A stretch of 64,000 bases of DNA from Gammaproteobacteria bacterium. GTDB taxonomy: Bacteria; Pseudomonadota; Gammaproteobacteria; JBPCXB01. Location: contig JBPCXB010000214.1 of NCBI GenBank assembly GCA_051008935.1, forward strand, positions 8,866 to 72,865, read 5' to 3'. The notes beneath the pieces were generated by a model, which worked only from the letters and a program-made list of their open reading frames with translations, made no database searches and had not been told where the DNA came from. The translations under genes and the position numbers were made by a program. Within the stretch, counting starts at the first letter, position 1. Each line of letters starts with the position of its first letter. Below are positions 55,169 through 64,000 of this stretch, one piece after another.

Positions 55169-56604
55169 ATGCTGTCCTTTAAATGCGCGCGCACATCTGC
55201 AAAACGCCCTGACAAAGCAGCCATCGCTGCACTAGCTGGGCTGACCAGATGGGTCCTTCCGCCTCGCCCTTGACGCCCTTCAAAATTCCGATTAGACGTG
55301 GATGCACAGCGCTCGTTGGCCTCCAGACGATCTGGATTCATAGCCAAACACATCGAACATCCAGGGCGGCGCCATTCAAAACCAGCATCCACGAAGATAT
55401 CAGCCAAACCTTCCTGCTCTGCCTGCATCTGCACTGGCTTTGACCCTGGAACAATCATCGCACGTTTAATGCGCCGCGAAACCTTCTGACCGGCAACAAT
55501 CTGCGCAACCTGCCGCAAATCCTCGATGCGCGAATTCGTGCAAGATCCAATAAAAATTTGATCCAGTTCGATGCAATCGACCGGCGCGCCAGGCTCTAAG
55601 CCCATATATTCATAGGCTTTGGCCATAGAGTCGCGCCGCACTGGATCTGCAACCGCCGAAAGCGCCGGCAGATGGCCGTCGACATCTACCACCATATCGG
55701 GCGAGGTTCCCCAAGTAATCTGCGGGGATAACTGATTCACATCCAGCTCAATGCTGCGATCAAAAACAGCCCCGTCATCGGTCGCAAAATGCTGCCAATG
55801 CCGCTCTGCTTGAGCTAATTCGCGACCTTTCGGCGCAAAAGGCCGAGAAGCTACATAGTCGATAGTGGTGGCATCAACCCCTACCAATCCATTACGGCTA
55901 CCTGCCTCAATCGACATATTACACAGGGTCATACGGGCTTCGATCGATAATTTTTCGATGGCTTCGCCAGTAAATTCAATGGCATAGCCACTCCCGCCAT
56001 TAATACCGATCTGACCAATGACGTACAGGATGATATCTTTAGAAAACACCCCTGGAGGCAAACAGCCCGTCAGGCACACGCGCATATTCTTTTGGCGGCG
56101 GGTCAGCAGACATTGACTAGCCAGCACATGAGCAACCTCGCTGGTGCCAATGCCTGTAGCCAAAGTGCCTAGCGCGCCGTGGGTGGAAGTGTGCGAATCA
56201 CCGCAAACAACGGTCATACCCGGCTGGGTAAAACCCTGTTCTGGGCCTATTACATGCACGATACCCTGCCGAGAGGAGTCAAAATCGTAGAGCCTCAGTT
56301 CGTTACTGGTGCAGTTATCACGCAGGGTTCGAAGCTGCAAATTGGCTACTGGATCCACGATATCTTCGATGCTTCCCGAACGACTGGCCGGATCTTCCGG
56401 ATCAGTAGGTGTGACATGATCCATAGTCGCTACCACTGATGCAGGCCTCCAGAGTGGGCGCGAGGCTTGTTTGAGGGTAGCAAACGCTTGAGGCGAGGTG
56501 ACTTCGTGCACCAGATGCAGGTCGATATAGAGCAAATCCAACCCATCCGGTCTGGATGCTATAAAGTGGTCGTCGTAGAGTTTGTCGTAGAGAGTACGGG
56601 CCAT
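55165..56604 (-). CDS. leuC: 3-isopropylmalate dehydratase large subunit
   Basis: [14 protein letters not shown]-terminus and aconitase-family Fe-S cysteines (GSCTNSR, CxxC). Confidence 0.92.
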   Translation of the reverse strand: MARTLYDKLYDDHFIASRPDGLDLLYIDLHLVHEVTSPQAFATLKQASRPLWRPASVVATMDHVTPTDPEDPASRSGSIEDIVDPVANLQLRTLRDNCTSNELRLYDFDSSRQGIVHVIGPEQGFTQPGMTVVCGDSHTSTHGALGTLATGIGTSEVAHVLASQCLLTRRQKNMRVCLTGCLPPGVFSKDIILYVIGQIGINGGSGYAIEFTGEAIEKLSIEARMTLCNMSIEAGSRNGLVGVDATTIDYVASRPFAPKGRELAQAERHWQHFATDDGAVFDRSIELDVNQLSPQITWGTSPDMVVDVDGHLPALSAVADPVRRDSMAKAYEYMGLEPGAPVDCIELDQIFIGSCTNSRIEDLRQVAQIVAGQKVSRRIKRAMIVPGSKPVQMQAEQEGLADIFVDAGFEWRRPGCSMCLAMNPDRLEANERCASTSNRNFEGRQGRGGRTHLVSPASAAMAALSGRFADVRAHLKDSI

Positions 56605-56778
56605 AACAGATAGCAGATCCTACAAACTTGAAAGTGATACAGAATGCGGCAGAATGGGGATGACTTCAAGCTGCACATGCCTTGGTGTGCATAAACGACT
56701 ATCATTCAAACCTTGATGCTGCAAAAATTTTACCTTTCAAAGTGCGGATAATCGCTGAAGCCCATGAAGGCTCATCTG

Positions 56779-56901
56779 CTATCCTTTATGCACAGGGGCC
56801 GAACTGGCCAGGTCTGTAAGGTCTGTGCCCCTAAGCAACACCAGTCGCAACACCAGTCGCAACACCAGCAGCCGCCGCCTGAAACGCAATCGGAGTATCA
56901 T
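56779..56901 (-). promoter_or_regulatory. Candidate Leu/Val-rich leader peptide ORF (40 aa: MILRLRFRRRLLVLRLVLRLVLLRGTDLTDLASSAPVHKG) about 175 nt upstream of leuC; hypothetical
   Basis: Minus-strand ATG at 56901 opens a 40-codon ORF with 10 Leu and 4 Val codons, concentrated in LLVLRLVLRLVLL. This stretch is generated by a 12-bp tandem repeat. It lies upstream of leuCDB where a leu attenuator would be expected. Confidence 0.25.
56835..56870. repeat. 12-bp tandem repeat gcaacaccagtc x2 plus gcaacaccagca
   Basis: Read directly at 56835-56846, 56847-56858 and 56859-56870. Confidence 0.9.
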
Positions 56902-56903
56902 CC

Positions 56904-57812
56904 ATGCCCCCCACTGCCACTGACAATCTACAGCACTCTGATGCGCAAAGCGCTGATTCCTCACAACCACAGAATACGCTGCTCAATTGGCCCGACTATC
57001 TAGCAAAATGCGTCGCTCGTCAAGGACACCCAGCGGTGCTGGGGCTGGATCCACATGCCGACCGGATTGATGCCCTCAAGCTGCCAGACGCAAATCCCGA
57101 ACAAATTCTGTACGATTGGGCCATTGACATCCTGCATCAACTAGACGGCCTCTTCGACATCGTCAAGATACAGCAAGCCTGGTTTGAGCTCTGGGGCAGT
57201 CAGGGATTCCGTGCTCTGGAGCGAATTACTGCCGAGTTGCGCCGAAACAATATTGCCGTCATCGCCGATGTTAAACGCACGGACATCGGACCAACGGCTC
57301 GAGCCTACGCCCAAGCTTGGCTACAGGGCGCTGCAAAACGTGCAGATGCCATCACCACCACCCCGTGGTTGGGAGCTGAAGGGCTCGATCCTTTTGTAGA
57401 AGTCTGTAACGCATCCGGAAGTGGTATGTTTATCTGCAGCCGAACCAGCAATTCCGGTTCCGAGCAGTTACAGAATGCTGCAGTCGCTTCGCAGGATGGT
57501 GCCGAGCCCGCTTGGCGATACACCTGGAAGCTAGCCGCCGCTTATAACCGCCGTTTGCACTGCCCAGCCGTCGGCCTGGTGGTAGGCGCCAATCGAGTCG
57601 AAGAAGCGTGCTACATACGTGAACACGACAACAGCATGTGGCTATTGGCCCCCGGATTGGGCGCCCAAAAAGCGGATGCATCGCAAGCGCGTTATTTTAT
57701 CAATGACAGGGGGCTCGGAGCGCTGTTTCCCAGCTCACGGGCAATTACTTTCCCACCACAAGGGTCTGTGCGGGATGCGGCTTTGCGCTTCATCAGCTGC
57801 CTGCCCCGCTAA
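56904..57812 (+). CDS. pyrF: Orotidine-5'-phosphate decarboxylase, long (type 2) form
   Basis: PAVLGLDPH, VKIQQAWFE and ADVKRTDIGPT motifs typical of ~275-300-aa actinobacterial-type PyrF. The N-terminal ~25 aa may not be real. Confidence 0.8.
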   Translation: MPPTATDNLQHSDAQSADSSQPQNTLLNWPDYLAKCVARQGHPAVLGLDPHADRIDALKLPDANPEQILYDWAIDILHQLDGLFDIVKIQQAWFELWGSQGFRALERITAELRRNNIAVIADVKRTDIGPTARAYAQAWLQGAAKRADAITTTPWLGAEGLDPFVEVCNASGSGMFICSRTSNSGSEQLQNAAVASQDGAEPAWRYTWKLAAAYNRRLHCPAVGLVVGANRVEEACYIREHDNSMWLLAPGLGAQKADASQARYFINDRGLGALFPSSRAITFPPQGSVRDAALRFISCLPR

Positions 57813-57922
57813 TAAAGGTCAGTGCGCGGGATGCGGCTTTGCGCTTCATCAGCCACCTGCCCCGCTAGTAAAGGTCAATGCTCGGGACGCAGCTTTGCAC
57901 TTCATCAGCTGCCTGCCCCGCT
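57768..57922. repeat. Three tandem copies of a ~54-56-bp unit (gtgcgggatgcggctttgcgcttcatcagctgcctgccccgct[a/g]ataaaggtca); copy 1 encodes the pyrF C-terminus and stop codon
   Basis: Copies at 57768-57821, 57822-57877 (2-nt insertion, 3 substitutions) and 57878-~57922 (more diverged). Each copy retains a stop codon in the pyrF frame (taa, tag/taa, tga). Lies between convergent pyrF and aroC. Confidence 0.85.
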
Positions 57923-57961
57923 GACAGCAGGTGGTTTGAAGCCACGAGTGCTACTGTACTA

Positions 57962-59086
57962 CTAGGAGCTTTTAGACGAATCCTGCCCCAACGGGCTCAT
58001 TGCGGATACGTCCATGTTCTGCCCGCGGTGCCTGAGATGGCAATCGGCCAGCACAAGAGCAGCCATAGCCTCCACTATCGGCACAGCCCGCAAAGCAACA
58101 CAGGGATCGTGGCGGCCTCCTACGTTGATCTCGCGCTCATTGCCTGCGCGGTCGACGGTGCGCCCGGGCCGAGCAATACTGGACGTTGGCTTAAACGAAA
58201 TACGCATCCAAATCGGCTGACCTGTCGAGATGCCACCCAAAATCCCCCCAGCATGGTTCGATAAAAAACCCTCTGCGGTCATTTGGTCGCGAAAATCCGA
58301 CCCGTAGGCAAAAGCCGCTTCGGTACCTTCGCCAATCTCTACTGCCTTGACGGCATTGATAGACATCATCGCCCCTGCGAGGGCTGCATCCAGTTTGTCG
58401 AAAACAGGCTCACCCAAACCAGCAGGAACGGAACGGCATTCCAGCAAGATCTGTGCGCCTACGGAATCACCGTCTGCTCGCACCTTGTCAAGCAGGGCCT
58501 CGAGTTCCGGCAACCTGGATGGATCGGGAAAAAAGAACGGGTTTTGACCGACGGCATCCCACGCATCGGCAGTGAAACGAAAATCTTCCGCTAAACGCAC
58601 CGGCCCACAACTCGACACGCAAGCGCGAATGGTAGTTTGGCAGTTGTTAGCCAACCAATGACGTGCAATAGCCCCTGCCGCAACACGCATAGCCGTTTCT
58701 CGAGCCGATGCCCGGCCGCCACCTCTATGATCGCGCAAGCCGTATTTCATCAAATAGGTGTAATCCGCATGCCCCGGGCGAAATACATCCTGCAGTGCGC
58801 TGTAGTCCTGGCTGCGCATATCTTTATTGCGGATTAGCAGCCCGATGGGCGTACCTGTGGTCTGACCTTCAAACACCCCAGACAAAATCTCTACCTGATC
58901 GGGCTCCGATCTCAAGGTAGTGTAGGCGGATTGGCCCGGCCGACGGCGGTCTAGATCGTGTTGGATCAAATCTGCCGACAACTCCAATCCAGGCGGGCAG
59001 CCAGTGACAACAGCACCCAAAGCAGCGCCGTGGCTCTCGCCAAAAGTAGCAAGACGGAACAGGTGGCCAAATACGTTTCCAGACAT
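57962..59086 (-). CDS. aroC: Chorismate synthase
   Basis: [21 protein letters not shown]-terminus and GGRSSARETA-like motif ([14 protein letters not shown]). Confidence 0.92.
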   Translation of the reverse strand: MSGNVFGHLFRLATFGESHGAALGAVVTGCPPGLELSADLIQHDLDRRRPGQSAYTTLRSEPDQVEILSGVFEGQTTGTPIGLLIRNKDMRSQDYSALQDVFRPGHADYTYLMKYGLRDHRGGGRASARETAMRVAAGAIARHWLANNCQTTIRACVSSCGPVRLAEDFRFTADAWDAVGQNPFFFPDPSRLPELEALLDKVRADGDSVGAQILLECRSVPAGLGEPVFDKLDAALAGAMMSINAVKAVEIGEGTEAAFAYGSDFRDQMTAEGFLSNHAGGILGGISTGQPIWMRISFKPTSSIARPGRTVDRAGNEREINVGGRHDPCVALRAVPIVEAMAALVLADCHLRHRGQNMDVSAMSPLGQDSSKSS

Positions 59087-59100
59087 AACCTTTCTCTGGT

Positions 59101-59781
59101 TTATCCCCGACTGCTGTCGGAATCACTCTGAATCAGTGGCAGGTCAATCAGGCTCTGCAACTCACGCAGGGCTACTACGGGGTCCGATACTTTAATAGTA
59201 TGCATACCCATGGCCCTAGCAGGCTTGAGATTGATACCCAAATCATCCAAAAAAACCACTTTGGAAGGACTTTTTATGCCGGAACGTGCCAAAGCCTTTT
59301 CATAAAACAGAGGCTCCGGCTTGCGGACCCCCTCCAGACTGGAAGATTGTACGAAATCGAAAATCTCCATCACCATCCGAACATCTTCAGGGGTATTATC
59401 CACCCATTCGCCGTCACTGGTCGTGAGCATATTGTTGGTCAAACAGCCCAACACTAAACGGCCTTTGATACGCTTGAGAGCTTCGACCATCATGGGTCTC
59501 AATGTGCCCGAAAGGGCTGCAATGACGCGATCACCTGGCACTTCATGCCCCATTCCTCGGCTTTCTTCACGGAATTGCCGATCAAATTCCTCAACCTCGA
59601 TTTCATTGCGCTCGAGGCGCGCCCAAGCATTGCTGTCTGGATTGTGGGCATTGACTGTACGGATGAAATCTTTAGGCAGCTCTAACTGTATTTCCAGTTG
59701 GTTGAAGCGTTCGAAGGGGCTAGAAGTAATCACCCCACCAAAATCCCAAAAAACGGCTTCTATTTCAGGCCTATCCTTCAT
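59101..59781 (-). CDS. HAD-superfamily hydrolase (subfamily IA-like phosphatase)
   Basis: DxG motif I ([10 protein letters not shown]), motif II (LGCLTNN), and C-terminal K...FLDDLG motifs III/IV. Starts 3 nt after the prpD stop. Confidence 0.7.
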   Translation of the reverse strand: MKDRPEIEAVFWDFGGVITSSPFERFNQLEIQLELPKDFIRTVNAHNPDSNAWARLERNEIEVEEFDRQFREESRGMGHEVPGDRVIAALSGTLRPMMVEALKRIKGRLVLGCLTNNMLTTSDGEWVDNTPEDVRMVMEIFDFVQSSSLEGVRKPEPLFYEKALARSGIKSPSKVVFLDDLGINLKPARAMGMHTIKVSDPVVALRELQSLIDLPLIQSDSDSSRG

Positions 59782-59784
59782 AGT

Positions 59785-61248
59785 TCAAGACTCGGATAAG
59801 GGGGTGCACAGAAGGTCGGTAAAGGCATCTGCAGCCATGGCATCGAGTTTGTCAGGGTCGCAGCAGATACTCTCAATGCCGTCGCTCTGCTCTGCACTGA
59901 AGCGGGTGCGCATATTCCGTCTGAATTTATCCATCAGCAAAGGGATCCCCTCTGAGCGGCGCCTCTTGTGCCCTAACGGATATTCCACACGCACAGAATC
60001 TGAGCTGGACCCGTCTTTAAAAAAGACCTGAATCTGGTTTGCAATGGAACGTTTGTCTGGGTCCAGATAATCGCGGCTAAAGGCCGGCTGTTCGACGACC
60101 TGCATAGAGTTGCGCAGAGCATCAATCGCAGGGTTTGTTGCAAAAGCATCTTCATAATGATCCGCCTGTAATCCTCCCGTCATCATCGCCACTGCCGTCA
60201 TATATTGCAGGCAATGATCCCGATCAGCTGGGTTGTGTAAAGGGCCTGTTTTGCTGATAATCCGAAGGGCCGCCTCGTGTGTCTGGATTTCAATACGCTC
60301 AATCTGCTCCAATCGGTTCGACACCTCAGGGTGCAATTTAATAGCTGCTTCCACTGCAGTCTGCGCATGAAACTCGGCTGGATACGCAACTTTAAACAGC
60401 ACGTTTTCCATCACATAATCCGCAAAGTCCCGATTGAGTTGCAGCTTGTTGCCACCGAAATTGACTGCTTCAAAGCCCCACACCGGGGTGCTGATTGCGC
60501 CCGGGTACCCTGATTCGCCTGCCAAGGTCAGGAAAGCCAGTTGTACAGCACGCGCTGCCGCATCGCCCGCCGCCCAAGATTTTCTGGAGCCGGTATTGGG
60601 TGCATGGCGATAGGTGCGCAAACTCTGGCCGTCAACCCAGACCTGAGACAGTGCGTCTATGACCTGCTCTTTGCTCCCTCCCAACATACGTGTGACTACC
60701 CCGGCTGAAGCCAGCTTTACCAGCAACACATGGTCCAACCCACAGCGATTAAAGCTGTTTTCAAGTGCAAAAACACCCTGTATTTCGTGCGCCTGGATCA
60801 TAGCCAACAACACATCCCGCATCATCACAGGTGCACGCCCTTCTTTGGCGGCGTTTCGGCTAAGAAAGTCCGCAACTGGCAGAATCGCACCCAAATTATC
60901 AGAAGGATGCCCCCATTCAGCTGCCAGCCAAGTATCGTTGTAATCCAGCCAACGGACCATCGCTCCCCAATTCCAAGTAGCCCGAATCGGATCCAGTTCA
61001 AACGCTGTGCCAGGCACACGAGCCCCTCTGGGTACTTGCGTACCGGCAACAATAGGGCCCAAATGGCGTACGCAATGGGGGTATTGCAATGCAAGCATGC
61101 CACATCCTAGGGTATCCATCAAGCAATATCGGGCTGTCTCCAGCGCCAGATCGGATGGCTGGTCCCAATCACAGACGTAATCTGCGATGCGCACCAGCTC
61201 AGGGTCTGGTTCCGGTCTTACATTACTATCAGCAACGGTATTTGACAC
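59785..61248 (-). CDS. prpD: 2-methylcitrate dehydratase (MmgE/PrpD family)
   Basis: ~487 aa. The MmgE/PrpD N-terminal domain (YCLMDTLGCGMLA) shows end-to-end similarity to PrpD. Lies downstream of prpC. Confidence 0.88.
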   Translation of the reverse strand: MSNTVADSNVRPEPDPELVRIADYVCDWDQPSDLALETARYCLMDTLGCGMLALQYPHCVRHLGPIVAGTQVPRGARVPGTAFELDPIRATWNWGAMVRWLDYNDTWLAAEWGHPSDNLGAILPVADFLSRNAAKEGRAPVMMRDVLLAMIQAHEIQGVFALENSFNRCGLDHVLLVKLASAGVVTRMLGGSKEQVIDALSQVWVDGQSLRTYRHAPNTGSRKSWAAGDAAARAVQLAFLTLAGESGYPGAISTPVWGFEAVNFGGNKLQLNRDFADYVMENVLFKVAYPAEFHAQTAVEAAIKLHPEVSNRLEQIERIEIQTHEAALRIISKTGPLHNPADRDHCLQYMTAVAMMTGGLQADHYEDAFATNPAIDALRNSMQVVEQPAFSRDYLDPDKRSIANQIQVFFKDGSSSDSVRVEYPLGHKRRRSEGIPLLMDKFRRNMRTRFSAEQSDGIESICCDPDKLDAMAADAFTDLLCTPLSES

Positions 61249-61396
61249 AGCACATACTCCATAAAATTCCGCACATGCGGAGCGAATCGGGGTGAGAATA
61301 CGACAACAGCCCGGGCGAACGCATTGGTGCGGTTGCCAACCTGATGCGCAAAGAGTCTAGCTAGGGCTGTTCAACACTTTGTACTTTACACTTTGT

Positions 61397-62521
61397 TTAA
61401 CGGGCGCCCATAGGCTTCCAACTGCGCGCTTCGGGCCCTTGATACTCTGCGCTCGGTCTTATGATCCTGTTATCTGTGCGCTGTTCAATGACATGAGCAG
61501 CCCAGCCGGACGTGCGCGCCCAAGCGAAAATGGGTGTAAACAAAGGAACGGGGATACCCATATAGTGATAAGCTGGCGCATGAAAGAAATCAGCATTGGC
61601 AAAGAGTGCTTTTTCATCCCACATGATCTGTTCGATAGCCTGAGCAATACCGATCAACTCTGTGTCACCTACCTCAGCAGCCAAGCGCTCTGCCCATGAT
61701 TTGATCAGCGCATTTCGGGGGTCTGATTTGCGGTAGATTGCATGCCCGAAACCCATCACTTTCTCTTTGCGAGCAAGCATCGCTTTAAGACCGGCTTGTG
61801 CCTCTTCCACCGTGTGCCACTGACGCATCATATCCATGGCGGCCTCATTAGCCCCACCATGCAAAGGCCCGCGCAATGAGCCAATAGCGCCAGTAATACA
61901 AGAGTGCATATCGGATAGAGTCGAGGCGCAGATGCGGGCGGTAAATGTCGAAGCATTGAATTCATGCTCAGCGTACAGAATCAGCGAGCAATTCAAACAG
62001 CTTTCATGGTGGGCGGGTGCTGTTTTGCCATGCAGTAATTCAAGGAAATGCCCCGCACTGCTTGCAGCATCCGTCATCGTGCTGATGCGGGTGCCTTCAT
62101 GCGTGAAGCGATACCAATAGATGACCATAGCCGGCATGGTCGCCAGAAGACGGGTAGTCACATCCCACTGTTGTGAGAAATCCGCTTCAGACTCTAGGTT
62201 ACCTAGCACCGAACAACCTGTCCTCATCACATCCATTGGGTGTGCGTCTTGAGGGATACGCTCTAACACTTCAAGCAAGGGGCGCGGCAATTCCCGCTGA
62301 CTGGCCAGTTCGGATTTGAATTGCGCCAACTCCGACTCGCTGGGCAACTCTTCTTTCAGCAGCAACCAGGCGACTTCTTCAAAGGAAGCTTGAGAAGACA
62401 AATCTTCAATACTGTATCCACGGTAGGATAACCCCGTTCCTCCTGTGTTGACAGTACAAATACTGGTATTCCCAGCAACGTGACCCCGAAGGCCTGCGCC
62501 CGACAATTTTTTATCTACCAT
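61397..62521 (-). CDS. prpC: 2-methylcitrate synthase
   Basis: Citrate-synthase family (GYSIEDL, HAEHEFNASTF, GPLHGGANE and catalytic His/Asp regions); ~374 aa as for PrpC. Confidence 0.9.
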   Translation of the reverse strand: MVDKKLSGAGLRGHVAGNTSICTVNTGGTGLSYRGYSIEDLSSQASFEEVAWLLLKEELPSESELAQFKSELASQRELPRPLLEVLERIPQDAHPMDVMRTGCSVLGNLESEADFSQQWDVTTRLLATMPAMVIYWYRFTHEGTRISTMTDAASSAGHFLELLHGKTAPAHHESCLNCSLILYAEHEFNASTFTARICASTLSDMHSCITGAIGSLRGPLHGGANEAAMDMMRQWHTVEEAQAGLKAMLARKEKVMGFGHAIYRKSDPRNALIKSWAERLAAEVGDTELIGIAQAIEQIMWDEKALFANADFFHAPAYHYMGIPVPLFTPIFAWARTSGWAAHVIEQRTDNRIIRPSAEYQGPEARSWKPMGAR

Positions 62522-62555
62522 TTTCTCCCTCTAGCTGTTGCTCTCTAATTGCTCG

Positions 62556-62957
62556 CTATTTGCTTGGGCGCTGATTGCTTCTGCATCCGAACGATGCACT
62601 CATTTTAATCTGGCGCCAAAAGCTTTTGTTTCTGCGTTTCAAACTCTGATTCGCTGAGAATCCCAGCTTTATGAAGCTTAAAAAGTTTATCCAATCTTCA
62701 GCCGCAGCGCCTTCATCAGCCACAGCGCCAACTGTTGGCAATGATCTCTTATCGACTAAAGGGACCGGCTTCGTTTCTAGATAAGCCCACGCCAAACAGA
62801 CAATCCATCCGACTAGCGTCCAGCCTAAAAATAGATTAACCAGCGAAATAGCATTATTGTGTGGGTGTTTTTTTGCGGATGAAATGATGGTTGGCAAAAA
62901 ATAAAGCAGGATAATAATGCCTAGCGTCAGTCCCGCTGAGATCGCTTCCACCATCAT
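62556..62957 (-). CDS. Small membrane protein with an N-terminal superinfection-immunity-like (Imm_superinfect-type) domain and an ~70-aa tail
   Basis: LGIIILLYFLPTIISSAKKHPHNNAISLVNLFLGWTLVGWIVCLAWA resembles the two-transmembrane-helix LGWTGIGWI...ALIWA signature of the superinfection-immunity family. Embedded between prpB and prpC. Confidence 0.5.
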   Translation of the reverse strand: MMVEAISAGLTLGIIILLYFLPTIISSAKKHPHNNAISLVNLFLGWTLVGWIVCLAWAYLETKPVPLVDKRSLPTVGAVADEGAAAEDWINFLSFIKLGFSANQSLKRRNKSFWRQIKMSASFGCRSNQRPSK

Positions 62958-63012
62958 AACACCTCTTTAAATCTACAATCTCTGCCGGTAACTATAGCAG
63001 CGGCTTGTGCCA

Positions 63013-63888
63013 CTAACGCTTCTGGATACGATCCAGCTGCTGCTCCCAATCCATATAGCCTAATATGTCATACAGTTCATCGCGCGTCTGCATCCGGTCC
63101 AATTGAGCAGTCTGCGTACCATCCTGTCTCAAACTACGGTACAGATTCTCAGCAGCGCGGTTCATGGCGCGAAATGCCGATAAAGGGTAGAGCGCCATCG
63201 CCACCCCAGCTGCAGCGAGTTCTTTAAGCGTCCATAGAGGGGTCTGGCCAAATTCGGTAATATTGGCCAATATAGGCAAGCCGCCACTGGCTTCCACAAA
63301 CAACCGGTATTCTTCGATATTGCGCACTGCCTCAGCAAAGATACCATCTACGCCCGTGCGGGCATAACAAGCCGTACGCTCAAGAGCGGCATCCAATCCT
63401 TCTACTGCCGCGGCATCCGTGCGGGCCATAATAAAAAGCCCGTCTCCTTCACGGGCGTCTAAGGCAAACTTCAAACGGTCTTCCATTTCCTGAACCGGAA
63501 CGACTGATTTGCCTGGCCTGTGCCCGCATCTTTTCTGCCCTTCTTGATCTTCAAGGTGCACTGCTGCCACGCCGCTCCGCTGCATGGTCTGAATACAGCG
63601 ACCTATATTGAAGCCCCCCCCAAAGCCGGTATCAATATCCACCAACAAAGGCACTTCTGTAGCATTAGTGATACGACGGGCATCCTCAGCTACATCGTTC
63701 AAATTGGTGATACCCAGGTCCGGTAAACCAAAAGAAGCGTTAGCAACTCCTGCGCCCGACAAATAAAAGGCTTGAAAGCCTGCTCTTTCAGCCATCAACG
63801 CGCAGTAGGCATTGATTGTTCCTACAATCTGAAGAGGCTTGTGGTTTTGGAGTGCAGCCCTGAAACGTGCACAGGCAGATTGGCTCAT
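63013..63888 (-). CDS. prpB: 2-methylisocitrate lyase
   Basis: ICL/PEP-mutase family with the PrpB N-terminus (FRAALQNHKPLQIVGTINAYCALMAERAGFQAFYLSGAGVA) and the catalytic KRCGH motif. Confidence 0.9.
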   Translation of the reverse strand: MSQSACARFRAALQNHKPLQIVGTINAYCALMAERAGFQAFYLSGAGVANASFGLPDLGITNLNDVAEDARRITNATEVPLLVDIDTGFGGGFNIGRCIQTMQRSGVAAVHLEDQEGQKRCGHRPGKSVVPVQEMEDRLKFALDAREGDGLFIMARTDAAAVEGLDAALERTACYARTGVDGIFAEAVRNIEEYRLFVEASGGLPILANITEFGQTPLWTLKELAAAGVAMALYPLSAFRAMNRAAENLYRSLRQDGTQTAQLDRMQTRDELYDILGYMDWEQQLDRIQKR

Positions 63889-64000
63889 AGGTACCTCTCT
63901 GTTCTAGATTCTGGATATTCTTGATACTGGAATTTTAGCGAACAGGCACCCAAGGGTGTGTAAAACGCTATAGCGCAAACCCAAAAGGCATGAGTATTAA

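Noticed and set aside
56764-57003. 79-aa plus-strand ORF with QHQSQHQSQHQQ
   Set aside because: The low-complexity translation of the same 12-bp repeat overlaps the pyrF start. It is less plausible than either pyrF or the minus-strand leader-like ORF.
57619-57924. 101-aa ORF repeating the peptide (A)RDAALRFISCLPR
   Set aside because: It is an artefact of reading through the three tandem ~55-bp repeat copies downstream of pyrF. It overlaps pyrF in another frame.

Overview
The window reads as a conserved chromosomal backbone of a gammaproteobacterium with Pseudomonas-like synteny. I found no integrases, transposases, CRISPR arrays or defence-like genes, and most ORF-track entries antisense to the genes below are frame shadows. 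In order along the window: (1) a 5'-truncated giant pentapeptide-repeat protein; (2) rsmD and the haem operon hemC-hemD-hemX-hemY; (3) a 680-nt non-coding gap, then thiC; (4) a Prx5-type peroxiredoxin, pepP-ubiH, rpmB-rpmG and maf; (5) on the minus strand, a PaaI-type thioesterase, then trxA-rho (Rho has a ~115-aa low-complexity N-terminal extension), then hemB, with gcvT on the plus strand; (6) the chromosomal replication gene cluster gyrB-recF-dnaN-dnaA (minus strand), followed by a ~900-nt AT-rich upstream region containing a perfect 15-bp tandem duplication; (7) a pair of MaoC/hotdog dehydratase halves, lipA-lipB, an orphan TRAP substrate-binding protein and a UvrD-type helicase; (8) an RpiR-family regulator, a PhnZ-like HD-domain protein, and gcvH-thrB (APH-fold homoserine kinase)-gcvP; (9) RNase P RNA (rnpB) on the minus strand, which the ORF track cannot show; (10) a DUF1289 protein and acnB; (11) a long minus-strand block metZ-purF-SPOR protein-folC-accD-trpA-trpB-trpF-truA-fimV-like-asd-leuB-leuD-leuC; (12) pyrF, aroC, a HAD hydrolase, and the methylcitrate operon prpB-(small membrane protein)-prpC-prpD. 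The features worth a second look are: the Phe-centred giant pentapeptide-repeat protein; the apparent lack of a canonical TPP riboswitch upstream of thiC; three short tandem-repeat loci placed at gene boundaries (upstream of dnaA, abutting the fimV-like start codon, and a 3x ~55-bp array that includes the pyrF stop codon); a Leu/Val-rich leader-like ORF upstream of leuC built on a 12-bp repeat; and a superinfection-immunity-like membrane ORF inside the prp operon. I do not see a convincing previously undescribed multi-gene system in this window.
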